NCBI GenBank assembly: GCA_964016885.1 | Contig: OZ024744.1 | Span: forward strand, 12,648,001 to 12,712,000 | DNA from: Eledone cirrhosa | Taxonomy: Eukaryota | Direction of reading: 5' to 3' | DNA length: 64,000 bases | Shown here: piece by piece, positions 46,801-61,800 of the stretch | Position numbering within the stretch: position 1 is the first letter of the stretch | Layout of the letters: each line of letters starts with the position of its first letter | Made by a program: the position numbers and the translations under genes | The notes under the pieces: generated by a model | Told to the model about the DNA's origin: nothing | The model's database searches: none | What the model saw: only the letters and a program-made list of their open reading frames with translations

Positions 46801-49800
46801 ATTGTAAAGTAGTCCTGTAGGAGTCACAACAGAAAGTACCCAGTCCACACTGTAAAGTGGTCATGTAGGTGTCACAACAAAAAGTACCCAGTCCACACTG
46901 TAAAGTAGTCATGTAGGTGTTACAACAAAAAGTACCCAGTCCACACTGTAAAGTGGTCATGTAGGTGTCACAACAGAAAGTACCCCTCCACACTGTAACG
47001 TGGTTGTGTAGGTCTCACAACAAAAAGTACCCAGTACACACTGTAAAGTAGTCCTGTAGGAGTCACAACAGAAAGTACCCAGTCCACACTGTAAAGTGGT
47101 CATGTAGGTGTTACAACAAAAAGTACCCAGTAAACACTGTAAAGTGGTCATATAGGTATCACAACAAAAAGTACCCAGTCCACACTGTAAAGTGGTTATG
47201 TAGGTGTCACAACAAAAAGTACCCAGTACACACTGTAAAGTAGTCATGTAGGTGTCATGACAAAAAGTACCCAGTACACACTGTAACGTGGTTATGTAGA
47301 TGTCACAACAAAAAGTACCCAGTACACACTGTAAAGTGGTTGTGTAGGTATCACAACAGAAAGTACCCAGTACACACTGTAAAGTAGTCCTGTAGGTGTC
47401 ACAACAGAAAGTCCCCAGTACACACTGTAACGTGGTCATGTAGGTGTCACAACAGAAAGTACCCAGTACACACTGTAACGTGGTTGTGTAGGGATCACAA
47501 CAAAAAGTACCCAGTACACACTGTAAAGTGGTCATGTAGGTGTCATGACAAAAAGTACCCAGTACACACTGTAAAGTGGTCATATAGGTGTCATAAAAAA
47601 AAAGTACCCAGTACACACTGTAAAGTAGTCCTGTAGGTGTCACAACAGAAAGTACCCAGTACACACTGTAAAGTGGTCATGTAGGTGTCACAACAGAAAG
47701 TACCCAGTACACACTGTAACGTGGTTGTGTAGGTATCACTACAAAAAGTACCCAGTACACACTGTAACGTGGTTATGTAGGTGTCACAACAAAAAGAACC
47801 CAGTCCACACTGAAAGTGGTCATATAGGTATCACAACAAAAAGTACCCAGTACACACTGTAACGTGGTCATGTAGGTGCCACAACAAAAAGTACCCAGTC
47901 CACACTGTAAAGTAGTCATGTAGGTGTTACAACAAAAAGTACCCAGTCAACACTGTAAAGTGGTCATGTAGGTGTCACAACAGAAAGTACCCATCCGCAC
48001 TGTAACGTGGTTGTCTAGGTCTCACAACAGAAAGTACCCAGTACACACTGTAAAGTGGTCATGTAGGGCTCACAACAGAAAGTACCCAGTCCACACTGTA
48101 GCCTGGTCATATAGGTGTGACAACAGAAAGTACCCAGTACACACTGTAATGTGGTTATGTAGGTATCACAACAAAAAGTACCCAGTACACACTGTAAAGT
48201 GGTCATGTAGGTGTCATGGCAAAAAGTACCCACTACACACTGTAAAGTGGTCATGTAGGTGTCATGACAAAAAGTACCCAGTACACATTGTAAAGTAGTC
48301 CTGTAGGAGTCACAACAGAAAGTACCCAGTCCACACTGTAAAGTGGTCATGTAGGTGTCACAACAAAAAGTACCCAGTCCACACTGTAAAGTAGTCATGT
48401 AGGTGTTACAACAAAAAGTACCCAGTCCACGCTGTAAAGTGGTCATGTAGGTGTCACAACAGAAAGTACCCCTCCACACTGTAACGTGGTTGTGTAGGTC
48501 TCACAACAAAAAGTACCCAGTACACACTGTAAAGTAGTGCTGTAGGAGTCACAACAGAAAGTACACAGTCCACACTGTAAAGTGGTCATGTAGGTGTTAC
48601 AACAAAAAGTACCCAGTACACACTGAAAAGTGGTCATATAGGTATCACAACAAAAAGTACCCAGTCCACACTGTAAAGTGGTTATGTAGGTGTCACAACA
48701 AAAAGTACCCAGTACACACTGTAAAGTAGTCATGTAGGTGTCATGACAAAAAGTACCCAGTACACACTGTAACGTAGTTATGTAGGTGTCACAACAAAAA
48801 GTACCCAGTACACACTGTAAAGTGGTTGTGTAGGTATCACAACAGAAAGTACCCAGTACACACTGTAAAGTAGTCCTGTAGGTGTCACAACAGAAAGTAC
48901 CCAGTCCACACTGTAAAGAGGTTGTGTAGGTATCACAACAGAAAGTACCCAGTACACACTGTAAAGTAGTCCTGTAGGTGTCACAACAGAAAGTCCCCAG
49001 TACACACCGTAACGTGGTCATGTAGGTGTCACAACAGAAAGTACCCAGTACACACTGTAACGTGGTTGTGTAGGTATCACAACAAAAAGTACCCAGTACA
49101 CACTGTAAAGTGGTCATGTAGGTGTCATGACAAAAAGTACCCACTACACATTGTAAAGTGGTCATGTAGGTGTCATGAAAAAAAGTACCCAGTACACACT
49201 GTAAAGTAGTCCTGTAGGAGTCACAACAAAAAGTACCCAGTCCACTGTAAAGTAGTCATGTAGGTGTTACAACAAAAAGTACCCAGTCCACACTGTAAAG
49301 TGGTCATGTAGGTGTCACAACAGAAAGTACCCCTCCACACTGTAACGTGGTTGTGTAGGTCTCACAACAAAAAGTACCCAGTACACACTGTAAAGTAGTC
49401 CTGTAGGAGTCACAACAGAAAGTACCCAGTCCACACTGTAAAGTGGTCATGTAGGTGTTACAACAAAAAGTACCCAGTACACACTGTAAAGTGGTCATAT
49501 AGGTATCACAACAAAAAGTACCAAGTCCACACTATAAAGTGGTTATGTAGGTGTCACAACAAAAAGTACCCAGTCCACACTGTAAAGTGGTCATGTAGGT
49601 ATCACAACAAAAAGTACCCAGTCACACTGTAAAGTGGTCATGTAGGTGTCACAACAGAAAGTACCCATCCACACTGTAACGTGGTTGTGTAGGTGTTACA
49701 ACAAAAAGTACCCAGTCCACACTGTAAAGTAGTCATGTAGGTGTTACAACAAAAATTACCCAGTACACACTGTAAAGTGGTTATGTAGGTATCACAACAA

Positions 49801-52800
49801 AAAGTACCCAGTACACACTGTAAAGTGGTCATGTAGGTGTCACAACAGAAAGTACCCCTCCACACTGTAACGTGGTTGTGTAGGTCTCACAACAAAAAGT
49901 ACCCAGTACACACTGTAAAGTAGTGCTGTAGGAGTCACAACAGAAAGTACACAGTCCACACTGTAAAGTGGTCATGTAGGTGTTACAACAAAAAGTACCC
50001 AGTACACACTGAAAAGTGGTCATATAGGTATCACAACAAAAAGTACCCAGTCCACACTGTAAAGTGGTTATGTAGGTGTCACAACAAAAAGTACCCAGTA
50101 CACACTGTAAAGTAGTCATGTAGGTGTCATGACAAAAAGTACCCAGTACACACTGTAACGTGGTTATGTAGGTGTCACAACAAAAAGTACCCAGTACACA
50201 CTGTAAAGTGGTTGTGTAGGTATCACAACAGAAAGTACCCAGTACACACTGTAAAGTAGTCCTGTAGGTGTCACAACAGAAAGTACCCAGTCCACACTGT
50301 AAAGAGGTTGTGTAGGTATCACAACAGAAAGTACCCAGTACACACTGTAAAGTAGTCCTGTAGGTGTCACAACAGAAAGTCCCCAGTACACACCGTAACG
50401 TGGTCATGTAGGTGTCACAACAGAAAGTACCCAGTACACACTGTAAAGTGGTTGTGTAGGTATCACAACAAAAAGTACCCAGTACACACTGTAAAGTGGT
50501 CATGTAGGTGTCATGACAAAAAGTACCCACTACACATTGTAAAGTGGTCATGTAGGTGTCATGAAAAAAAGTACCCAGTACACACTGTAAAGTAGTCCTG
50601 TAGGAGTCACAACAGAAAGTACCCAGTCCACACTGTAAAGTGGTCATGTAGGTGTTACAACAAAAAGTACCCAGTACACACTGTAAAGTGGTCATATAGG
50701 TATCACAACAAAAAGTACCAAGTCCACACTATAAAGTGGTTATGTAGGTGTCACAACAAAAAGTACCCAGTCCACACTGTAAAGTGGTCATGTAGGTATC
50801 ACAACAAAAAGTACCCAGTCACACTGTAACGTGGTCATGTAGGTGTCACAACAAAGAGTACCCAGTCCACACTGTAAAGTGGTCATGTAGGTGTCACAAC
50901 AAAAAGTACCCAGTCCACACTGTAAAGTAGTCATGTAGGTGTTACAACAAAAAGTACCCAGTCCACACTGTAAAGTGGTCATGTAGGTGTCACAACAGAA
51001 AGTACCCCTCCACACTGTAACGTGGTTGTGTAGGTCTCACAACAAAAAGTACCCAGTACACACTGTAAAGTAGTCCTGTAGGAGTCACAACAGAAAGTAC
51101 CCAGTCCACACTGTAAAGTGGTCATGTAGGTGTTACAACAAAAAGTACCCAGTACACACTGTAAAGTGGTCATATAGGTATCACAACTAAAAGTACCAAG
51201 TCCACACTATAAAGTGGTTATGTAGGTGTCACAACAAAAAGTACCCAGTCCACACTGTAAAGTGGTCATGTAGGTATCACAACAAAAAGTACCCAGTCAC
51301 ACTGTAAAGTGGTCATGTAGGTGTCACAACAGAAAGTACCCATCCACACTGTAACGTGGTTGTGTAGGTGTTACAACAAAAAGTACCCAGTCCACACTGT
51401 AAAGTAGTCATGTAGGTGTTACAACAAAAATTACCCAGTACACACTGTAAAGTGGTTATGTAGGTATCACAACAAAAAGTACCCAGTACACACTGTAAAG
51501 TGGTCATGTAGGTGTCATGACAAAAAGTACCCATCCACACTGTAACATGGTTGTGTAGGTCTCACAACAAAAAGTACCCAGTACACACTGTAAAGTGTTC
51601 ATGTAGGTGTCACAACAAAAAGTACCCAGTACACACTGTAACGTGGTTATGTAGGTATCATAACAAAAAGTACCCAGTACACACTGTAAAGTGGTCATGT
51701 AGGTGTCATGACAAAAAGTACCCACTACACACTGTAAAGTAGTCATGTAGGTGTTACAACAAAAAGTACCCAGTCCACACTGTAAAGTGGTTATGTAGGT
51801 GTCACAACAAAAAGTACCCACTACACACTGTAAAGTGGTCATGTAGGTGTCATGACAAAAAATACCCAGTACACACTGTAAAGTGGTCATGTAGGTGTCA
51901 CAACAGAAAGTACACAGTACACACTGTAACGTGGTCATGTAGGTGTCACAACAAAGAGTACCCAGTCCACACTGTAAAGTGGTCATGTAGGTGTCACAGC
52001 AAAAAGTACCCAGTCCACACTGTAAAGTAGTTATGTAGGTGTCATGACAAAAAGCACCCAGTACACACTGTAACGTGGTTGTGTAGGTGTCACAACAAAA
52101 AGTACCCAGTACACACTGTAAAGTGGTTGTGTAGGTATCACAACAGAAAGTACCCAGTACACACTGTAAAGTAGTCCTGTAGGTGTCACAACAGAAAGTA
52201 CCCAGTTCACACTGTAAAGTGGTTGTGTAGGTATCACAACAGAAAGTACCCAGTACACACTGTAAAGTAGTCCTGTAGGTGTCACAACAGAAAGTCCCCA
52301 GTACACACTGTAACGTGGTCATGTAGGTGTCACAACAGAAAGTACCCAGTACACACTGTAACGTGGTTGTGTAGGGATCACAACAAAAAGAACCCAGTAC
52401 ACACTGTAAAGTGGTCATGTAGGTGTCATGACAAAAAGTACCCAGTACACACTGTAAAGTGGTCATATAGTTGTCATAAAAAAAAAGTACCCAGTACACA
52501 CTGTAAAGTAGTCCTGTAGGTGTCACAACAGAAAGTACCCAGTACACACTGTAAAGTGGTCATGTAGGTGTCACAACAGAAAGTACCCAGTACACACTGT
52601 AACGTGGTTGTGTAGGTATCACTACAAAAAGTACCCAGTACACACTGTAACGTGGTTATGTAGGTGTCACAACAAAAAGAACCCAGTCCACACTGAAAGT
52701 GGTCATATAGGTATCACAACAAAAAGTACCCAGTACACACTGTAACGTGGTCATGTAGGTGCCACAACAAAAAGTACCCAGTCCACACTGTAAAGTAGTC

Positions 52801-55800
52801 ATGTAGGTGTTACAACAAAAAGTACCCAGTCCACACTGTAAAGTGGTCATGTAGGTGTCACAACAGAAAGTACCCATCCGCACTGTAACGTGGTTGTCTA
52901 GGTCTCACAACAGAAAGTACCCAGTACACACTGTAAAGTGGTCATGTAGGGCTCACAACAGAAAGTACCCAGTCCACACTGTAGCCTGGTCATATAGGTG
53001 TGACAACAGAAAGTACCCAGTACACACTGTAATGTGGTTATGTAGGTATCACAACAAAAAGTACCCAGTACACACTGTAAAGTGGTCATGTAGGTGTCAT
53101 GGCAAAAAGTACCCACTACACACTGTAAAGTGGTCATGTAGGTGTCATGACAAAAAGTACCCAGTACACATTGTAAAGTAGTCCTGTAGGAGTCACAACA
53201 GAAAGTACCCAGTCCACACTGTAAAGTGGTCATGTAGGTGTCACAACAAAAAGTACCCAGTCCACACTGTAAAGTAGTCATGTAGGTGTTACAACAAAAA
53301 GTACCCAGTCCACGCTGTAAAGTGGTCATGTAGGTGTCACAACAGAAAGTACCCCTCCACACTGTAACGTGGTTGTGTAGGTCTCACAACAAAAAGTACC
53401 CAGTACACACTGTAAAGTAGTGCTGTAGGAGTCACAACAGAAAGTACACAGTCCACACTGTAAAGTGGTCATGTAGGTATCACAACAAAAAGTACCCAGT
53501 CCACACTGTAAAGTGGTTATGTAGGTGTCACAACAAAAAGTACCCAGTACACACTGTAAAGTAGTCATGTAGGTGTCATGACAAAAAGTACCCAGTACAC
53601 ACTGTAACGTGGTTATGTAGGTGTCACAACAAAAAGTACCCAGTACACACTGTAAAGTGGTTGTGTAGGTATCACAACAGAAAGTACCCAGTACACACTG
53701 TAAAGTAGTCCTGTAGGTGTCACAACAGAAAGTACCCAGTCCACACTGTAAAGAGGTTGTGTAGGTATCACAACAGAAAGTACCCAGTCCACACTGTAAA
53801 GTAGTCCTGTAGGTGTCACAACAGAAAGTCCCCAGTACACACTGTAACGTGGTCATGTAGGTGTCACAACAGAAAGTACCCAGTACACACTGTAACGTGG
53901 TTGTGTAGGTATCACAACAAAAAGTACCCAGTACACACTGTAAAGTGGTCATGTAGGTGTCATGACAAAAAGTACCCACTACACATTGTAAAGTGGTCAT
54001 GTAGGTGTCATGAAAAAAAGTACCCAGTACACACTGTAAAGTAGTCCTGTAGGAGTCACAACAGAAAGTACCCATCCACACTGTAAAGTGGTCATGTAGG
54101 TGTTACAACAAAAAGTACCCAGTACACACTGTAAAGTGGTCATGTAGGTGTCACAACAGAAAGTACCCAGTACACACTGTAACGTGGTCATGTAGGTGTC
54201 ACAACAAAGAGTACCCAGTCCACACTGTAAAGTGGTCATGTAGGTGTCACAACAAAAAGTACCCAGTCCACACTGTAAAGTAGTCATGTAGGTGTTACAA
54301 CAAAAAGTACCCAGTCCACACTGTAAAGTGGTCATGTAGGTGTCACAACAGAAAGTACCCCTCCACACTGTAACGTGGTTGTGTAGGTCTCACAACAAAA
54401 AGTACCCAGTACACACTGTAAAGTAGTCCTGTAGGAGTCACAACAGAAAGTACCCAGTCCACACTGTAAAGTGGTCATGTAGGTGTTACAACAAAAAGTA
54501 CCCAGTACACACTGTAAAGTGGTCATATAGGTATCACAACAAAAAGTACCAAGTCCACACTATAAAGTGGTTATGTAGGTGTCACAACAAAAAGTACCCA
54601 GTCCACACTGTAAAGTGGTCATGTAGGTATCACAACAAAAAGTACCCAGTCACACTGTAAAGTGGTCATGTAGGTGTCACAACAGAAAGTACCCATCCAC
54701 ACTGTAACGTGGTTGTGTAGGTGTTACAACAAAAAGTACCCAGTCCACACTGTAAAGTGGTCATGTAGGTCTCACAACAGAAAGTACCCACTCCACACAG
54801 TAAAGTGGTCATGTAGGTCTCACAACAGAAAGTACCCAGTCCACACTGTAAAGTGGTTGTGTAGGTGTCACAACAGAAAGTAGCCAGTACACACTGTAAA
54901 GTGGTCATGTAGGTCTCAAAACAGAAAGTACCCAGTCCACACTGTAGCCTGGTCATATAGGTGTCACAACAGAAACTACCCAGAACACACTGTAACGTGG
55001 TTATGTAGGTATCACAACAAAAAGTACCCAGTACACACTGTAAAGTGGTCATGTAGGTGTCATGACAAAAAGTACCCAGTACACACTGTAAAGTAGTCAT
55101 GTAGGTGTCATGACAAAAAGTACCCAGTACACACTGTAACGTGGTTGTGTAGGTGTCACAACAAAAAGTACCCAGTACACACTGTAAAGTGGTTGTGTAG
55201 GTATCACAACAGAAAGTACCCAGTACACACTGTAAAGTAGTCCTGTAGGTGTCACAACAGAAAGTACCCAGTCCACACTGTAAAGTGGTTGTGTAGGTAT
55301 CACAACAGAAAGTACCCAGTACACACTGTAAAGTAGTCCTGTAGGTGTCACAAAAGAAAGTCCCCAGTACACACTGTAACATGGTCATGTAGGTGTCACA
55401 ACAGAAAGTACCCAGTACACACTGTAACGTGGTTGTGTAGGGATCACAACAAAAAGTACCCAGTACACACTGTAAAGTTGTCATGAAGGCGTCATGACAA
55501 AAAGTACCCACTACACACTGTAAAGTGGTCATGTAGGTGTCATGACAAAAAGTACCCAGTACACGCTGTAAAGTAGTCCTGTAGGAGTCACAACAGAAAG
55601 TACCCAGTCCACACTGTAAAGTGGTCATGTAGGTGTTACAACAAAAAGTACCCAGTACACACTGTAAAGTGGTCATGTAGGTATCACAACAAAAAGTACG
55701 CAGTCCACACTGTAAAGTAGTCATGTAGGTGTCATGACAAAAAGTACCCAGTACACACTGTAAAGTGGTCATGGAGGTGTCATGACAAAAAGTACCCAGT

Positions 55801-58800
55801 ACACACTGTAAAGTAGTCCTGTAGGTGCCACAACAAAAAGTACCCAGTCCACACTGTAAAGTAGTCATGTAGGTGTTACAACAAAAATTACCCAGTACAC
55901 ACTGTAAAGTGGTTATGTAGGTATCACAACAAAAAGTACCCAGTACACACTGTAAAGTGGTCATGTAGGTGTCATGACAAAAAGTACCCAGGACACAGTG
56001 TAAAGTGGTCATGGAGGTGTCATGACAAAAAGTACCCAGTACACACTGTAAAGTAGTCCTGTAGGAGTCACAACAGAAAGTACCCATCCACACTGTAACA
56101 TGGTTGTGTAGGTCTCACAACAAAAAGTACCCAGTACACACTGTAAAGTGTTCATGTAGGTGTCACAACAAAAAGTACCCAGTACACACTGTAACGTGGT
56201 TATGTAGGTATCACAACAAAAAGTACCCAGTACACACTGTAAAGTGGTCATGTAGGTGTCATGACAAAAAGTACCCACTACACACTGTAAAGTAGTCATG
56301 TAGGTGTTACAACAAAAAGTACCCAGTCCACACTGTAAAGTGGTTATGTAGGTGTCACAACAAAAAGTACCCACTACACACTGTAAAGTGGTCATGTAGG
56401 TGTCATGACAAAAAATACCCAGTACACACTGTAAAGTGGTCATGTAGGTGTCACAACAGAAAGTACACAGTACACACTGTAACGTGGTCATGTAGGTGTC
56501 ACAACAAAGAGTACCCAGTCCACACTGTAAAGTGGTCATGTAGGTGTCACAGCAAAAAGTACCCAGTCCACACTGTAAAGTAGTTATGTAGGTGTCATGA
56601 CAAAAAGCACCCAGTACACACTGTAACGTGGTTGTGTAGGTGTCACAACAAAAAGTACCCAGTACACACTGTAAAGTGGTTGTGTAGGTATCACAACAGA
56701 AAGTACCCAGTACACACTGTAAAGTAGTCCTGTAGGTGTCACAACAGAAAGTACCCAGTTCACACTGTAAAGTGGTTGTGTAGGTATCACAACAGAAAGT
56801 ACCCAGTACACACTGTAAAGTAGTCCTGTAGGTGTCACAACAGAAAGTCCCCAGTACACACTGTAACGTGGTCATGTAGGTGTCACAACAGAAAGTACCC
56901 AGTACACACTGTAACGTGGTTGTGTAGGGATCACAACAAAAAGTACCCAGTACACACTGTAAAGTGGTCATGTAGGTGTCATGACAAAAAGTACCCAGTA
57001 CACACTGTAAAGTGGTCATATAGGTGTCATAAAAAAAAAGTACCCAGTACACACTGTAAAGTAGTCCTGTAGGTGTCACAACAGAAAGTACCCAGTACAC
57101 ACTGTAAAGTGGTCATGTAGGTGTCACAACAGAAAGTACCCAGTACACACTGTAACGTGGTTGTGTAGGTATCACTACAAAAAGTACCCAGTACACACTG
57201 TAAAGTGGTCATGTAGGTGTCATGACAAAAAGTACCCACTACACACTGTAAAGTGGTCATGTAGGTGTCATGACAAAAAGTACCCAGTACACACTGTAAA
57301 GTAGTCCTGTAGGAGTCACAACAGAAAGTACCCAGTCCACACTGTAAAGTGGTCATGTAGGTGTTACAACAAAAAGTACCCAGTACACACTGTAAAGTGG
57401 TCATGTAGGTATCACAACAAAAAGTACCCAGTCCACACTGTAACGTGGTTATGTAGGTGTCACAACAAAAAGAACCCAGTCCACACTGAAAGTGGTCATA
57501 TAGGTATCACAACAAAAAGTACCCAGTACACACTGTAACGTGGTCATGTAGGTGCCACAACAAAAAGTACCCAGTCCACACTGTAAAGTAGTCATGTAGG
57601 TGTTACAACAAAAAGTACCCAGTCCACACTGTAAAGTGGTCATGTAGGTGTCACAACAGAAAGTACCCATCCGCACTGTAACGTGGTTGTCTAGGTCTCA
57701 CAACAGAAAGTACCCAGTACACACTGTAAAGTGGTCATGTAGGGCTCACAACAGAAAGTACCCAGTCCACACTGTAGCCTGGTCATATAGGTGTGACAAC
57801 AGAAAGTACCCAGTACACACTGTAATGTGGTTATGTAGGTATCACAACAAAAAGTACCCAGTACACACTGTAAAGTGGTCATGTAGGTGTCATGGCAAAA
57901 AGTACCCACTACACACTGTAAAGTGGTCATGTAGGTGTCATGACAAAAAGTACCCAGTACACATTGTAAAGTAGTCCTGTAGGAGTCACAACAGAAAGTA
58001 CCCAGTCCACACTGTAAAGTGGTCATGTAGGTGTCACAACAAAAAGTACCCAGTCCACACTGTAAAGTAGTCATGTAGGTGTTACAACAAAAAGTACCCA
58101 GTCCACACTGTAAAGTGGTCATGTAGGTGTCACAACAGAAAGTACCCCTCCACACTGTAACGTGGTTGTGTAGGTCTCACAACAAAAAGTACCCAGTACA
58201 CACTGTAAAGTAGTCCTGTAGGAGTCACAACAGAAAGTACCCAGTCCACACTGTAAAGTGGTCATGTAGGTGTTACAACAAAAAGTACCCAGTACACACT
58301 GTAAAGTGGTCATATAGGTATCACAACAAAAAGTACCCAGTCCACACTGTAAAGTGGTTATGTAGGTGTCACAACAAAAAGTACCCAGTACACACTGTAA
58401 AGTAGTCATGTACGTGTCATGACAAAAAGTACCCAGTACACACTGTAACGTGGTTATGTAGATGTCACAACAAAAAGTACCCAGTACACACTGTAAAGTG
58501 GTTGTGTAGATATCACAACAGAAAGTACCCAGTACACACTGTAAAGTAGTCCTGTAGGTGTCACAACAGAAAGTACCCAGTCCACACTGTAAAGTGGTTG
58601 TGTAGGTATCACAACAGAAAGTACCCAGTACACACTGTAAAGTAGTCCTGTAGGTGTCACAACAGAAAGTCCCCAGTACACACTGTAACGTGGTCATGTA
58701 GGTGTCACAACAGAAAGTACCCAGTACACACTGTAACGTGGTTGTGTAGGTATCACAACAAAAAGTACCCAGTACACACTGTAAAGTGGTCATGTAGGTG

Positions 58801-61800
58801 TCATGACAAAAAGTACTCACTACACACTGTAAAGTGGTCATGTAGGTGTCATGAAAAAAAGTACCCAGTACACACTGTAAAGTAGTCCTGTAGGAGTCAC
58901 AACAGAAAGTACCCAGTCCACACTGTAAAGTGGTCATGTAGGTGTTACAACAAAAAGAACCCAGTACACACTGTAAAGTGGTCATGTAGGTGTCACAACA
59001 GAAAGTACCCAGTACACACTTTAATGTGGTCATGTAGGTGTCACAACAAAGAGTACCCAGTCCACACTGTAAAGTGGTCATGTAGGTGTCACAACAAAAA
59101 GTACCCAGTCCACACTGTAAAGTAGTCATGTAGGTGTTACAACAAAAAGTACCCAGTCCACACTGTAAAGTGGTCATGTAGGTGTCACAACAGAAAGTAC
59201 CCCTCCACACTGTAACGTGGTTGTGTAGGTCTCACAACAAAAAGTACCCAGTACACACTGTAAAGTAGTCCTGTAGGAGTCACAACAGAAAGTACCCAGT
59301 CCACACTGTAAAGTGGTCATGTAGGTGTTACAACAAAAAGTACCCAGTACACACTGTAAAGTGGTCATATAGGTATCACAACAAAAAGTACCCAGTCCAC
59401 ACTATAAAGTGGTTATGTAGGTGTCACAACAAAAAGTACCCAGTCCACACTGTAAAGTGGTCATGTAGGTATCACAACAAAAAGTACCCAGTCACACTGT
59501 AAAGTGGTCATGTAGGTGTCACAACAGAAAGTACCCATCCACACTGTAACGTGGTTGTGTAGGTGTTACAACAAAAAGTACCCAGTCCACGCTGTAAAGT
59601 GGTCATGTAGGTCTCACAACAGAAAGTACCCAGTCCACACTGTAAAGTGGTTGTGTAGGTGTCACAACAGAAAGTACCCAGTACACACTGTAAAGTGGTC
59701 ATGTAGGTCTCAAAACAGAAAGTACCCAGTCCACACTGTAGCCTGGTCATATAGGTGTCACAACAGAAACTACCCAGAACACACTGTAACGTGGTTATGT
59801 AGGTATCACAACAAAAAGTACCCAGTACACACTGTAAAGTGGTCATGTAGGTGTCATTACAAAAAGTACCCAGTACACACTGTAAAGTAGTCATGTAGGT
59901 GTCATGACAAAAAGTACCCAGTACACACTGTAACGTGGTTGTGTAGGTGTCACAACAAAAAGTACCCAGTACACACTGTAAAGTGGTCATGTAGGTGTCA
60001 TGACAAAAAGTACCCACTACACACTGTAAAGTAGTCATGTAGGTGTTACAACAAAAAGTACCCAGTCCACACTGTAAAGTGGTTATGTAGGTGTCACAAC
60101 AAAAAGTACCCACTACACACTGTAAAGTGGTCATGTAGGTGTCATGACAAAAAATACCCAGTACACACTGTAAAGTGGTCATGTAGGTGTCAGAACAGAA
60201 AGTACACAGTACACACTGTAACGTGGTCATGTAGGTGTCACAACAAAGAGTACCCAGTCCACACTGTAAAGTGGTCATGTAGGTGTCACAACAAAAAGTA
60301 CCCAGTCCAGACTGTAAAGTAGTTATGTAGGTGTCATGACAAAAAGCACCCAGTACACACTGTAACGTGGTTGTGTAGGTGTCACAACAAAAAGTACCCA
60401 GTACACACTGTAAAGTGGTTGTGTAGGTATCACAACAGAAAGTACCCAGTACACACTGTAAAGTAGTCCTGTAGGTGTCACAACAGAAAGTACCCAGTTC
60501 ACACTGTAAAGTGGTTGTGTAGGTATCACAACAGAAAGTACCCAGTACACACTGTAAAGTAGTCCTGTAGGTGTCACAACAGAAAGTCCCCAGTACACAC
60601 TGTAACGTGGTCATGTAGGTGTCACAACAGAAAGTACCCAGTACACACTGTAACGTGGTTGTGTAGGGATCACAACAAAAAGTACCCAGTACACACTGTA
60701 AAGTGGTCATGTAGGTGTCATGACAAAAAGTACCCAGTACACACTGTAAAGTGGTCATATAGGTGTCATAAAAAAAAAGTACCCAGTACACACTGTAAAG
60801 TAGTCCTGTAGGTGTCACAACAGAAAGTACCCAGTACACACTGTAAAGTGGTCATGTAGGTGTCACAACAGAAAGTACCCAGTACACACTGTAACGTGGT
60901 TGTGTAGGTATCACTACAAAAAGTACCCAGTACACACTGTAAAGTGGTCATGTAGGTGTCATGACAAAAACTACCCAGTACACACTGTAAAGTGGTCATG
61001 TAGGTGTCATGATAAAAAGTACCCAGTACACACTGTAAAGTAGTCCTGTAGGAGTCACAACAGAAAGTACCCAGTCCACACTGTAAAGTGGTCATGTAGG
61101 TGTTACAACAAAAAGTACCCAGTACACACTGTAAAGTGGTCATGTAGGTATCACAACAAAAAGTACCCAGTCCACACTGTAACGTGGTTATGTAGGTGTC
61201 ACAACAAAAAGAACCCAGTCCACACTGAAAGTGGTCATATAGGTATCACAACAAAAAGTACCCAGTACACACTGTAACGTGGTCATGTAGGTGCCACAAC
61301 AAAAAGTACCCAGTCCACACTGTAAAGTAGTCATGTAGGTGTTACAACAAAAAGTACCCAGTCCACACTGTAAAGTGGTCATGTAGGTGTCACAACAGAA
61401 AGTAACCATCCGCACTGTAACGTGGTTGTGTAGGTCTCACAACAGAAAGTACCCAGTACACACTGTAAAGTGGTCATGTAGGGCTCACAACAGAAAGTAC
61501 CCAGTCCACACTGTAGCCTGGTCATATAGGTGTGACAACAGAAAGTACCCAGTACACACTGTAATGTGGTTATGTAGGTATCACAACAAAAAGTACCCAG
61601 TACACACTGTAAAGTGGTCATGTAGGTGTCATGGCAAAAAGTACCCACTACACACTGTAAAGTGGTCATGTAGGTGTCATGACAAAAAGTACCCAGTACA
61701 CATTGTAAAGTAGTCCTGTAGGAGTCACAACAGAAAGTACCCAGTCCACACTGTAAAGTGGTCATGTAGGTGTCACAACAAAAAGTACCCAGTCCACACT